Of a stretch of 44,651 nucleotides of DNA, positions 24,101 to 37,699 are shown one piece after another (position 1 is the first letter of the stretch; each line of letters begins with the position of its first letter). Made by a program: the position numbers and the translations under genes. The stretch is from contig NIVC01000784.1 in the NCBI GenBank assembly GCA_002269645.1, positions 54,920 to 99,570 on the forward strand, read 5' to 3'. Under the pieces are notes generated by a model. That model saw only the letters and a program-made list of their open reading frames with translations, had not been told where the DNA came from and ran no database searches. Origin of the DNA: Macrostomum lignano. Lineage: Eukaryota.

Positions 24101-27100
24101 AAAAAGCCATTTATAAGCTATGGAATCGTATTTAGAGTTGCAGAAGCTAATATAAAATCATAGAAAGCCAATTTAAAGCTATAGAAGCCAATTTAAAGCT
24201 ATAGAAGCCAATTTAAGGCCATAGAAGCCAATTTAAGGCCATAAAAGCCAATTTAAGGCCATAGAAGCCCATTTATTGTCATAGAAGCCAAATTATAGTC
24301 ATAAAAGCCAGTTTAAAGCCATAGAAGCCAGTTTAAAGCCATAGAAACCAGTTTAAGGCCATAGAAGCCAATTTAAAGCAATAGAAGCCAATTTAAGACT
24401 AAAGAAGCTAATTTGAGGCCAAAAAAGCCAATTTAAAGCCATCACGGCCCATTTAAGGCCATAAAAGCCTATTTAAATCCATAAAAGCCAATTTAAGGCT
24501 TTAGAACTCAATTTATGGCCACAGAAACCAATTTAAAAACTATAAAAGCCTGTTTAAAGCCGTAAAATCCTATCTAAAGCCATAAAAGCCAAATTAAATC
24601 CATAGAAGCCGATCTAAAGCGATAAAAAAGCCAATTTAAAGCCTTAGAAGCCAATTTAAAGCCTTAGAAGCCAATTTAAAGCCATCGAATCCAATTCAAA
24701 GCTAATTTAAAGCCATAGAAGACAATCTGAAGCCATAGAAGCCAATTCAAAGGCATAGAAGCCAATTTAAGGCCATAAAAGCCTATTTTAAAACCATAGA
24801 AGCCAATTCAAAGCCATAGAAGTCAATCAAAAGCCATTGAAGCCGACCAAAAGCCATGGAAGCCAAAGATGCCAATTGTTGTTACAACTAATCAATTTAT
24901 AATAATAATCAAATCAAATCGCAGAGCAACTCCGCTCAGCTGGCGCTCTGGCCATCGCTCGCAGCATCGCTCGCGGCTCCACGACCGCCGCCGAAGCAGC
25001 TTCAACCGCCGCTGACCCAGCCGGTCTGCCGCAGCCCCTGGCCGTGTGGCGTCGACAACCAAATCGTCAGCGACTGCTGCAGCTGTGCCAGTGGCAGCCG
25101 CATCTGCTGCCCGATGCTCAGAGCTCTGAAGCTCCACATCAGCAGCAGCAGCAGCATCTGCCAACGCGAAGTCGTCGAATGTTTGAACGCGCCGCCTGTC
25201 TTCGCCTTGTCGCCGGCAGATCCATGCCAGAAGCTTTGGAGTGGCTTCAGCGAGGCGAGCGGCAATCTAACAATCAGCAATCCGCTGTAGGCCTGAGTCT
25301 GGTCTCAGTAGCTCTGCTGGGCGCTTTGTCGAATAGCTTGGCCGCCGATTCGGCGTCAGTAGACGAGCTTTCGGCCGCTGGTTCGGCTTTGCCCGACCTC
25401 AGCGACCAGCTGGAGGAGCACCCGTATCTGCGGGTCATGTTCCAGTTCATCTCCGGCGGCCCCAGCGAGGCCAATATGCGCCTTATAGTTGGATGGGATG
25501 CCCCTGAGAATAGTGAGTTCGTGGCTGCTTAGTCTTTGTTACTATGATGGGATTGCTAGATTTTTGTTTTCAAGATGGATTTCGAAATCTAGTTTGTGCC
25601 TAAGATGGATTTCGTAGTCTTGGTTTGTGTCTAAGATGAAATTAGTAGTCTTTGTTTGTGTCTAAGATTGAATTAATAGTCTTTGTTTGTGTCCGAGTTG
25701 GAATTAATAGTCTTGGTTTGTGTCTAAGATGATATTAGTAGTATTTGTTTGTGTCTAAGATTGAATTAATAGTCTTTGTTTGTGTCCGAGTTGGAATTAA
25801 TAGTCTTGGTTTGTGTCTAAGATGATATTAGTATTTGTTTGTGTCTAAGATTGAATTAATAGTCTTTGTTTGTGTCCAAATTGGAATTAGTAGTCTTGGT
25901 TTGTGTCTAAGATGATATTAGTAGTATTTGTTTGTGTCTAAGATTGAATTAATAGTCTTTGTTTGTGTCCGAGTTGGAATTAGTAGGGTTCTTTGTTCGT
26001 GTCTAAGATGGAATTAGTAGTCTTTGTGTCTAGTATGTACTTCATAGCCTGTCTAAGATGGATTGCTAGTCTATGCGTGTCCAATATTAGTCTTAAGTCT
26101 TTGTGTCTATTTCTTATAATTGTAACATAGAATACGGAAGAGGCTGAAGCAGATGAAGCGCCATAGTTTCCATTAGTTGATTGATTGGGCCTACTTTGTC
26201 GAACGCCAATATAACAAAGAGCAAACCTGGCGCATTGCAGAGCCGCAAATGGATCTAAAAGACCGAATTGGTTTCGCCGCCATGTACTTCTCCAATAGGT
26301 TTCTGATGGAATTTCTCACCTGGCTAAACGCTAGATTAACTAGACAGGGCCTGCTAGAAGCCCTGCTATTGACTGGCGTGAATTTTAACGACGACTCCAT
26401 GGCTCTGCTGCAGTCGTATCTGGATCGCTCCAATGACATTCAGAGCGCCGTGACTCTCTGCGTGGCTATTGGTCACCACAGTGGCCTGTCTCTGAGCGGC
26501 TCAGCCCAACAGTGGCTTACAGTTTATAGGGAATTGCTCAACAATTGGCAGCTGTTTGAGCAGAGGGCGCATTTCGATTTGATGGTCCGGCGATTGCTGC
26601 CTAGACAGGAGCCGCCGCCGCATCAGACCTCTGTGCAGGTTGGTCTTTGTTTCTGCTTTGAGATTTGTTAATTAGCTTTATGGTCTTTGTGATCTATGCT
26701 GGACTGGTGCTAGTCTTTGTCATGTGGATGGATTGCTAATCTTTGTAATTTGGGATGGATTGCTAGTATTTGTCATGTGGATGGATTGCTAGTCTTTGTC
26801 ATTGAGTTGGATTGCTAGTCTTGTCATGTGGATAGATTGCTAGTCTTTGTCATGGGGATGGATTGCTAATCCTTGTAATTTGGGATGGATTGCTAGTCTT
26901 TGTCATTGAGTTGGATTGCTAGTCTTGTCATGTGGATAGATTGCTAGTCTTTGTCATGGGGATGGATTGCTAATCCTTGTAATTTGGGATGGATTGCTAG
27001 TATTTGTCATGTGGATGGATTGCTAGTCTTTGTCATTGAGTTGGATTGCTAGTCTTGTCATGTGGATAGATTGCTAGTCTTTGTCATTGAGTTGGATTGC

Positions 27101-29302
27101 TAGTCTTGTCACGTGGATAGATTGCTAGTCTTTGTCATGTGGATGGATTGCTAGTCTTTGTCATGTGGATAGATTGCTAGTCTTGTCATGTGGATAGATT
27201 GCTAATCTTGTCATGTGGATAGATTGCTAGTCTTTGTCATGTGGATGGATTACTAATCTTTGTAATTTGGGATGGATTACTAATCTTTGTAATTTGGGAT
27301 GGATTGCTAGTATTTGTCATGTGGATGGATTGCTAGTCTTTGTCATTGAGTTGGATTGCTAGTCTTTTTCATTTGGGTTGGATTGCTAGTCTTTGTCATT
27401 TGGGTTGGATTGCTAGTCTTAGTCATTTGGGTTGGATTGCTAGTCTTTGTCATTTGGGTTGGATTGCTAGTCTTTGTCATTTGGGTTGGATTGCTAGTCT
27501 TTGTCATTTGGGTTGGATTGCTAGTCTTTGTCATTTGGGTTGGATTGCTAGTCTTTGTCATTTGGGTTGGATTGCTAGTCTTTGTCATTTGGGTTGGATT
27601 GCTAGTCTTTGTCATTTGGGTTGGATTGCTAGTCTTGTCATGTGGATAGATTGCTAGTCTTTGTCATGGGGATGGATTGCTAATCTTTGTAATTTGGGAT
27701 GGATTGCTAGTATTTGTAATTTGGGATGGATTGCTAGTATTTGTCATTTGGGTTGGATTGCTAGTCTTGTTATGTGGATGGATTGCTAGTATTTGTCATG
27801 TGGATGGATTACTAATCTTTGTAATTTGGGATGGATTGCTAGTATTTGTCATTGAGTTGGATTGCTAGTCTTTGTCATTGAGTTGGATTGCTAGTCTTTG
27901 TCATTGAGTTGGATTGCTAGTCTGTCATTGGGGATGGATTGCTAGTCTTTGTCATTTGGGTTGGATTGCTAGTCTTTGTCATTGGAGATGGATTGCTAGT
28001 CTTTGTCATTTGGGTTGGATTGCTAGTATTTGTCATGTGGATGGATTGCTAGTCTTTGTCATTGAGTTGGATTGCAAGTCTTTGTCATTGAGTTGGATTG
28101 CTAGTCTTTGTCATTGAGTTGGATTGCTAGTCTGTCATTGGGATGGATTGCTAGTCTGTCATTGGGGATGGATTGCTAGTCTTTTTCATTTGGGTTGGAT
28201 TGCTAGTCTTTGTCATTTGGGTTGGATTGCTAGTCTTTGTCATTTGGGATGGATTGCTAGTCTTTGTCATTTGGGATGGATTGCTAGTCTTTGTCATTGG
28301 GATGGATTGCTAGTCTTTGTCATGTGGATAGATTGCTAGTCTTTGTCATGGGGATGGATTGCTAATCTTTGTAATTTGGGATGGATTGCTAGTATTTGTC
28401 ATGTAGATGGATTGCTAGTCTTTGTCATTGAGTTGGATTGCTAGTCTTTGTCATTGAGTTGGATTGCTAGTCTTTGTCATTGAGTTGGATTGCTAGTCTT
28501 GTCATGTGGATAGATTGCTAGTATTTGTCATTTGGGTTGGATTGCTAGTCTTTGTCATTTGGGTTGGATTGCTAGTCTTTGTCATTGGGGATGGATTCTA
28601 GTCTTTGTCATTTGGGATGGATTGCTAGTCTTTGTCATTGGGGATGGATTCTAGTCTTTGTCATTTGGGTTGGATTGCTAGTCTTTGTCATTGGGGATGG
28701 ATTCTAGTCTTTGTCATTTGGGATGGATTGCTAGTCTTTGTCATGTGGATGAATTTCCTGACTCTGTTATCAAGATGCATCGCTAGTCTTTGTTTTGAAA
28801 ATTGATTGCTAGTCTGTCCAATATTCATCATAGTCTTTGTGCTTCTAGCATCACATCGACGCGCTGGAATGAATTGCTCCAACAAGCCCCTACCTACCGA
28901 TTCAACCAGGTGCAATGCAAATTCTGCGGCAAGCGCATCAATCACTTGTTGACAGCCAAAGTTGGCGGCGGACCCGGCGGAGCGCAGCAGCGGTTCAGGC
29001 CGTTCAGCAGCGGCCAGGCCTCGGCCAGTGTCGACTTGGCAGCCGCGTCAGGCGGCGCCGTGGCCATGCTGAAGAGCAAGAACACGGCCTGCATGAACTG
29101 CAAGAAAGCGCTTCCACGCTGCGAGATCTGCCTGATGCACCTCGGCGCTGAGGTGCCCGACGCTCAAACTGACTCGCCAGTGGCCTCCTGGTTCGTCTGG
29201 TGCCAGTCCTGCCGGCATGGCGGTCACGCGCAGCACCTTCGCGAATGGTTTCGCAGCAATACGGTGTGTCCGGTGACTGGCTGCAAGTGCAACTGTGCGT
29301 AG
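20555..29302 (+). CDS. MIOS: GATOR2 complex protein MIOS (WD40 + alpha-solenoid + C-terminal zinc finger/RING); exons 20555-20800, 21172-21750, 22436-22542, 22641-22738, 23548-24068, 24925-25512, 26241-26638, 28910-29302; one -1 frameshift near 21624
   Basis: Intron phases are mutually consistent (0,1,0,2,1,1,0). Segments match MIOS in order: LQWSP, LLAIGLSTGK|VLL, WNPRRRGLLAWGID, VLLVWDV, YGVCQDPF, VALWDSRRFDRP, AAFDWHP, HPYLRVMFQF, ENK..DRIGFA, SYLDRSNDIQSA, YRELLNNWQLFEQRAHFD, CKFCGK, CMNCKKALPRCEICL, WFVWCQSCRHGGHAQHLREWF, CPVTGCKCNC. Confidence 0.93.
20992..21149. repeat. (TAC)n microsatellite in MIOS intron 1
   Basis: About 50 TAC units, ending just before the acceptor at 21170-21171. 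Confidence 0.97.
21770..22350. repeat. Minisatellite GATGACAGATGGGTAGCTTA / GATGACAGATGGGTGGCTGAATGGGTAGCTTA (20/32 bp) in MIOS intron 2
   Basis: Directly visible tandem array starting about 20 nt after the donor. Confidence 0.95.
22865..23520. repeat. 27 bp C-rich minisatellite (TCCCATAATCCCATCAAAATCCCCATA-like) in MIOS intron 4
   Basis: Directly visible; produces the spurious minus-strand GDFDGIMGY ORF. Confidence 0.95.
24110..24870. repeat. 20 bp minisatellite AAAGCCATAGAAGCCAATTT in MIOS intron 5
   Basis: Directly visible, with a 10 bp AAGCCA sub-period. Confidence 0.95.
25570..26070. repeat. ~31 bp minisatellite GTTTGTGTCTAAGATTGAATTAATAGTCTTT in MIOS intron 6
   Basis: Directly visible tandem array. 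Confidence 0.93.
26705..28755. repeat. 26-27 bp minisatellite GGATTGCTAGTCTTTGTCATTTGGGTT in MIOS intron 7 (~2 kb)
   Basis: Directly visible; about 75 units with a homogeneous core at 27350-27630. Confidence 0.97.
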
Positions 29303-29389
29303 CCCGAGAACACCTGCTGGTGGAAGCGAAGCGAACAAAGAGACTTCTCTGCCGGAGCACATATAAAGGCAGTGACAAATATCGATTCT

Positions 29390-30143
29390 CAAATCCCAAA
29401 TTCCATTATTTAAATCCCAAATCCCAGTATTTAGATCCCTAATCCAATTATTTAGTTTCCAAATCCCATTACTTAGATCCCAAATCTCATTATTTAAATC
29501 CCAAATCCCATTACTTAGATCCCAAATCCCATTATTTAGATTCCAAATCCCATTATTTCAATCCCAAATCCCATTATTTAAATCCCAAATCCCATTATTT
29601 AAATCCCAAATCCCATTATTTCAATTCCAAATCCCAGTATTTAGATCCCAAATCCCATTATTTAGATCCCAAATCCCAGTATTTAGATCCCAAATCCCAG
29701 AATTCTGAATCCCAAATCCCAGAATTCTGAATCCCAAATCCCATTATTTAGATCCCAAATCCCATTATTTCAATCCCAAATCCCATTATTTAAATCCCAA
29801 ATCCCATTATTTAAATCCCAAATCCCATTATTTCAATCCCAAATCCCATTATTTAAATCCCAAATCCCATTATTTAGATCCCAAATCCCATTATTTCAAT
29901 CCCAAATCCCATTATTTAAATCCCAAATCCCATTATTTAAATCCCAAATCCCATTATTTCAATTCCAAATCCCAGTATTTAGATCCCAAATCCCAGAATT
30001 CTGAATCCCAAATCCCATTATTTAGATCCCAAATCCCAGTATTTAGATCCCAAATCCCAGTATTTAGATCCCAAATCCCAGAATTCTGAATCCCAAATCC
30101 CATTATTTAGATCCCAAATCCCATTATTTAGATCCCAAATCCC
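29390..30143. repeat. 21 bp minisatellite AAATCCCATTATTTAGATCCC downstream of the MIOS stop
   Basis: Directly visible; AATAAA near 30371 suggests a 3' UTR location. Confidence 0.96.
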
Positions 30144-30646
30144 AACTATGCTACTACGCACGTGTTTGCTCAGTTCTGTAGGTGTAATAATCAGTGCTAA
30201 TTAGTTTAATCAACCTGTACTCAACAGGTCCTACTAACAGCAGTGTGTGCCAGTATTTGAAAAATTCTATTTGTACCGCGGCGCTTCATGCTTACTAAAT
30301 GATTTTATGCATTAATTATCTATTAGGTAAGCCACTGAAGTTATCGTCGCTTATTCCTAATCAAACGAGTAATAAATTAAATAACCGCCTTTGTTTGCTT
30401 ATAAAGTTCGTAATTATCAAGTTTAAATGATGTTTTTAACTTTTGATGATAATCTCCCAGTTTTGCGAGTTGCTAGAACAGTTTTTTAAATGTTGGACTG
30501 TTAATATATTTAGTATTTGTCACAATAATATAATTGTCATTGAGCTAGAGTAATCCTTGCGTATTGCAAGAAGGACACACATTGAAGACACATTGCTTAA
30601 AATTTGTTGCCGAGCTAACAATTGCTGACTTTGTATTGACTAGGCA

Positions 30647-31655
30647 ATGATGCTGAATATTCAGGCATGGTATTGAGAGACTGATGCTGAATATTCAGGC
30701 ATGGTATTGAGAGACTGATGCTGAATATTCAGGTATGGTATTGACAGAATGATGCTGAATATTCAGGTGTGGTATTGCCAGAATGATGCTGAATATTCAG
30801 GTGTGGTATTGACAGAATGATGCTGAATATTCAGGTGTGGTATTGAGAGAATGATGCTGAATATTCAGGTATGGTATTGAGAGAATGATGCTGAATATTC
30901 AGGCATGGTATTGAGAGAATGATGCTGAATATTCAGGCATGGTATTGACAGAATGATGCTGAATATTCAGGCATGGTATTGAGAGAATGATGCTGAATAT
31001 TCAGGTGTGGTATTGACAGAATGATGCGGAATATTCAGGTGTGGTATTGAGAGAATGATGTTGAATATTCAGGCATGGTATTGAGAGAATGATGCTGAAT
31101 ATTCAGGTGTGGTATTGACAGAATGATGCGGAATATTCAGGTGTGGTATTGAGAGAATGATGCTGAATATTCAGGTGTGGTATTGACAGAATGATGCTGA
31201 ATATTCAGGCATGGTATTGACAGAATGATGCTGAATATTCAGGTGTGGTATTGACAGAATGATGCTGAATATTCAGGTGTGGTATTGACAGAATGATGTT
31301 GAATATTCAGGCATGGTATTGAGAGAATGATGCTGAATATTCAGGTGTGGTATTGACAGAATGATGCGGAATATTCAGGTGTGGTATTGAGAGAATGATG
31401 TTGAATATTCAGGCATGGTATTGAGAGAATGATGCTGAATATTCAGGTGTGGTATTGACAGAATGATGCGGAATATTCAGGTGTGGTATTGAGAGAATGA
31501 TGCTGAATATTCAGGTGTGGTATTGACAGAATGATGCTGAATATTCAGGCATGGTATTGACAGAATGATGCTGAATATTCAGGTGTGGTATTGAGACAAT
31601 GATGCTGAATATTGACGTGTGGTATTGAGAGAATGATGTTGAATATTCAGGTGTG
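30647..31655. repeat. 34 bp tandem array TGATGCTGAATATTCAGGTGTGGTATTGAGAGAA with palindromic core CTGAATATTCAG
   Basis: About 29-30 units; no unique spacers. Confidence 0.97.
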
Positions 31656-32319
31656 GGTATAATTTTTATGTTTTCCTGGCTATTAGAATTTCTCCAAGAG
31701 GCTCATCAGAAACTGTAAGAATATTATAAAATGCATTAGATTGGCATGCAGTGACAACATCCTCTTGTCTTCTCTAAGTTGGGATTTGGGTTGAGTATTA
31801 AACCCGTACCCCCTACCTCAACTCCACTTTCTCCTCTCGAACTCTCCCGGGACACCATGGGAGAAGATTTAAGCTCCCGAAGCCACGATCGAGGCAGTTG
31901 TTAGGCAAATTGCTGTGATTGAGCAATAAGTGCCCAGGCCCTAAAGCCCTCCCCCTTATCATTAAAGGATTAGGCCTACCTGGCCTTCCATTCCAGCCGT
32001 GCGTTTACCCATGGGGCATCGACCTCAATTATGACTAGGGTTAGTCTTGCCAGCCCACTGCTGTCATTCCCGAGCGCACGCACTTGAGCACAAAACCCGA
32101 CTCTGCTTAATCCGGTAGTCAATTAGGCCTGGTTTTGCTAGTTTTTGTTTCAGCTCAATTGAGTTGAGTGCTCTATTTGAGCTTAGCATATCCCTCCTTT
32201 GGGATTTCTCAGCTATTCCTGCACAAACTGCTCACTCACTGCTTCTCAGTGAATCCGCGTGTTTTTTAACTTGTCATTTTGAATTTTTAGTCAAGTGATG
32301 TGAAACTATCAAACAAAGA

Positions 32320-32675
32320 GGGAGTGAGATAAGGGGTAGATAGGGAGTTGGATAAGGGGTAGATAGGGAGTGAGATAAGGGGTAGATAGGGAGTTGGATA
32401 AGGGGTAGATAGGGAGTGAGATAAGGGGTAGATAGGGAGTGAAATAAGGGGTAGATAGGGAGTGAAATAAGGGGTAGATAGGGAGTGAGATAAGGGGTAG
32501 ATAGGGAGTTAGATAAGGGGTAGATAGGGAGTGAGATAAGGGGTAGATAGGGAGTGAAATAAGGGGTAGATAGGGAGTGAAATAAGGGGTAGATAGAGAG
32601 TGAAATAAGGGGTAGATAGGGAGTGAAATAAGGGGTAGATAGGGAGTGAAATAAAGGGTAGATAGGGAGTGAGAT
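32320..32675. repeat. 23 bp G-rich minisatellite GGAGTGAGATAAGGGGTAGATAG
   Basis: Directly visible; about 15 units. Confidence 0.95.
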
Positions 32676-32908
32676 GAGGGTGTTTGCCTTTGGTGGATAA
32701 GAAATGAAATAAAAAGGAGGGGTTAGCAAGAGAGTCAAACGTCATAAAACCGCGATTAAAATTCTGCCCCATAAAATTATAGTTAATAAAAGTTCGCTGA
32801 AAATCCAAAGGCCGATTAACTGGCGGTAATCCATATTTTCAGTAAAATATTGTCAAGGCCTTAAAGCTTGTAACATAACATGGCAGCCAAAGCAGAAATG
32901 CTGCCAGA

Positions 32909-33025
32909 AGGTCGGGGGTTCGATTCTCGATCCACTTGGAAAAAATTTGTGTCCTTAACCAAGACACTTAACTCTGCATTGCTTCAGTTCACCCAGCTGT
33001 AAAATGGGTGCCAGCATTAGCTGGG
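32909..33025 (+). mobile_element. Partial SINE copy (B-box plus CORE-like domain; 3' body absent)
   Basis: AGGTCGGGGGTTCGATTCTCGATCCACTTG followed by TGTGTCCTTAACCAAGACACTTAACTCTGCATTGCTTCAGTTCACCCAGCTGTAAAATGGGTGCCAGCATTAGCTGGG. Confidence 0.85.
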
Positions 33026-33424
33026 TCTCTTGGTGGGCGCCCCCTGCCTCTTGGTGGACGCCCCTGTTTCTTGGTGGGCGCCCCAAGCTGTCTCTTGTCG
33101 GTGCGATCAGGGGTCTCTCCCTAATGTGATTATGCAAGTGTCCGTAATTACGTAATTCGCCCAGAAAAGACAGTCGAGTTCGAGTATTACTATTTTTTCT
33201 CTCTTGGAGCAAGTAGTGCTGCTTAAAATACGAGTAATTGTCGCGCAATTATTGGCGCAACAAAGAGAGACACCACCTGCGTCTTATTGCGCCCGTGAAA
33301 CAGCGCTTATACAATTTTAGGATTTCTTCCTGTGTTTTCCCCAAATCGTTCTGCGCACATTGAGTGCAGCTGTAGGATATCTGGAAATTGGCGAAACTGC
33401 TATAGCAAAGCTTGCAGAGGCAAT

Positions 33425-34040
33425 TTAGCACTCCATATATCACCCTAGCACTCCATATGTCACTTTAGCACTCCATATATCACCTTAGCACTCCATATGT
33501 CACCATAGCACTCCATATATCACCTTAGCACTCAATATATCACCTTAGCACTCCATATACATGTATCACCATAGCACTTCATAGATCACCTTAGCACCCT
33601 ATAGGTCACATTGCAATCCATAGACCACATTAGCACTCCAGAGATCACATCAGCATTCTATAGATCACATTAGCACTCCATAGACCACATTAGCACTCTA
33701 TAGATCACATGAACTCCATAGATCACCTTAACACTCCACAGATCACCTTAGCACTCGACAGATCACCTTAGCACTCCACAGATCACCTTAGCACTCCGTA
33801 GATCACATTAGCACTCCACAGATCACCTTAGCACTCCACAGATCACCTTAGCACTCCGTAGATCACATTAGCACTCGACAGATCACCTTAGCACTCCACA
33901 GATCACCTTAGCACTCCGTAGATCACATTAGCACTCCACAGATCACCTTAGCACTCCACAGATCACCTTAGCACTCCGTAGATCACATTAGCACTCCACA
34001 GATCACCTTAGCACTCCATAGATCACCTTAGCACTCCACA
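33425..34040. repeat. 20 bp minisatellite TAGCACTCCACAGATCACCT with a 60 bp higher-order unit
   Basis: Directly visible; identical 60-mers begin at 33781, 33901 and 33961. Confidence 0.96.
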
Positions 34041-34518
34041 CATCACCATATCACTCCATTTTCCCTTCAACGCTGCGGCTCTAGACGATGCCAGTTGCGA
34101 ACGAATTTCAGATTAAATGGACTCATTTTTTAAAAGATGAAAAAAATGAGCAAGCAAGACTCATAGTCCTCTAAAAAAGCCTCTGGAAACTAAATTAAGT
34201 AGGTGGGCGCGAGCTCGGCTTAAACCAGCTGGCGCAATTATTCTGCGGGCCATAAATAAATGCGATTTATGCAATGATGACACGAAACACCCATCAACCA
34301 GGGCCGTCCATCAGGCGCAGGTAGCGCTGATTGCTGCCTATAGATAATCGAAGCGCAGGTGCTTTAGAAAATTACCAAGGCAAAATACTTCGAGAGTTTT
34401 GGAGGACGGTCCAGCCAATCACAATCAGGGGGCTCATCAAAAATTGGACGAGAATTCTCGAAATCGTTTACCGCGTGTTCCAGGTGCGGCAATCCAGGTG
34501 AGGGGTTGGGGGGGGGGC

Positions 34519-34524
34519 TATAAA
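34519..34524 (+). promoter_or_regulatory. Candidate TATA box of the HMX gene
   Basis: TATAAA after a G-run, about 110 nt upstream of the ATG at 34634; position only, no transcript evidence. Confidence 0.35.
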
Positions 34525-34633
34525 TTGTCGCGTGCCCACGCGGTTACTGGCCTCCACGCGCCGCGGCGGAAGCACTCGAGCAGGAGCAGGAAGATTTTCA
34601 AAGACGACCCACAGCAGTTGGCGACTTCTACAG

Positions 34634-35947
<1,314 letters not shown>

Positions 35948-36949
35948 CTGCTGGGCCTGGGGCTGCACCAGCAGCAGCAGCAGCAACATCAGCAGCACCA
36001 GCAGCAGATGGGCGCCATCGGAAGCAGCCGAAACAGCAGCGGCGAGTGCAGCAGCATTTAGAGGTAGCCATTTTGAAATCATCGAATATGCGTCAGAGGC
36101 AAAGAAGGCTGACTGGTGTGTTGCAATTGAAACAACTAACTCTGTTGCGTTCCAATAGGCTCACCGGTTTCACTTTCGCTCGGTGTTGTAGTATCATGCG
36201 TTTTATTTATTCCACTACACAGCAGTTTTGTTACTTAACAGGTCACCTCACAGGTTCACGTTTGGCGAAGTTTGTGTTTCCAAGTATTCGACCATTTTTT
36301 CAGATGAAGCCAGTGCACATTTCGTACGAGTACAGTAAATTTGCGAGGTCCACAAAATTCTGGCTTTTAATTCTGACGCACTCTCAAAGCACAGCCCTTT
36401 ATTTTTCTCATGGCTTCAGCACAGCAGTTTCATAGAATATCGATTTTGTTACGAGCGTATTTGGTTGTCGCGACTTTGTCGTTTGATCAAATTTGTCTTT
36501 TCGCAATCGTTTTTCTGCCTTCGATGTACGCAACCTTCATTTTTTCTATATAACAGAACCGGCTCCTTCCCTCAGTAACTCAGTTTGCTGCACCTTTTTT
36601 TATCAATTTTTTACTTTGCTTCGATTTTCTCGTCTTAAAGAGTCTCCGAGTTTGTTTGATGTGAAAATTTTACTTAAAGTATTAGCTATGTACTATAAGC
36701 ACGAAATCCGTTTTCATTCGAATGGAATCTGTTATTCCTACAACACATTTTTATAAAATATGACTTGCCAACAAAGACTTGTCAGGGTCACAAGAGATTT
36801 TCGCGACAATTACAGTCACCGGCACAGCTGAGCCCCAAAATTGCAGAGAGTGGCGGCTCATCAACATCTGCCTACCTGCAGTTCTGAGCAGCGCGTTGCA
36901 AAGCGCCATTACTTGGCAGAGCGTTTTTCTTCGCTTTGATAACTAACAC

Positions 36950-37437
36950 TCCATTCTCACTCCATCAAGGCTGAATCCCACTCCGTGAAAGCTGAGTCTC
37001 ACTCCGTGAAAGCTGAGTCTCACTCCATTAAGGCTGAATCTCACTCCGTGAAAGCTGAATCTCACTCCGTGAAAGCTGAATCTCACTCTGTGAAAGCTGA
37101 ATATCACTCCATAAAAGCTGAATCTCACTCCGTGAAAGCTGAATCTCACTCCATGAAAGCTGAATCTCACTCCATCAAGGCTGAATCTCACTCCGTGAAA
37201 GCTGAATCTCACTCCATGAAAGCTGAATCTCACTCCATCAAGGCTGAATCTCACTCCATCAAGGCTGAATCTCACTTCGTGAAAGCTGAATCTCACTCCA
37301 TCAAGGCTGAATCTCACAGCGTGAAAGCTGAATCTCACTCCATCAAGGCTGAATCTCACTTCGTGAAAGCTGAATCTCACTCCATCAAGGCTGAATCTCA
37401 CTCCATCAAGGCTGAATCTCACTCCGTGAAAGCTGAA
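36950..37437. repeat. 21 bp minisatellite AAAGCTGAATCTCACTCCGTG
   Basis: About 23 units; open on both strands because the unit length is a multiple of 3. Confidence 0.95.
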
Positions 37438-37699
37438 TTATTATCCATAAAAGTTAAGATCTTATCTAACCAGCTAATCAATGCTGAATCTTATAATCAA
37501 CAGTCGCTACAGACAGACAATTATTAGACAATTAGTAGGGAATGCCGAAAGAAAATTGTAGAATAATTCGTAGTCTTGTAGTCTCATACGGTGAAAAATG
37601 CAACTGTTACGAGCGTGCACGTAGTTGGAACGCCAATTTCAGCTAATTACTGGACACTGCGTTCTGATGACTGATGGCATACAGCTATTTGGACCTATC

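Noticed and set aside
30647-31655. CRISPR-like appearance (34 bp palindromic repeats)
   Set aside because: No unique spacers, no cas genes and a eukaryotic context; it is a plain tandem array.
36760-36940. Possible third HMX exon
   Set aside because: Translation after the TTGCAG acceptor shows no HMX C-terminal motif in the frames examined.
36943-37527. Repetitive ORFs (KAESHSV)n and (RFSFHGV)n
   Set aside because: A 21 bp unit keeps frames open on both strands; no credible start, splice sites or signal peptide.
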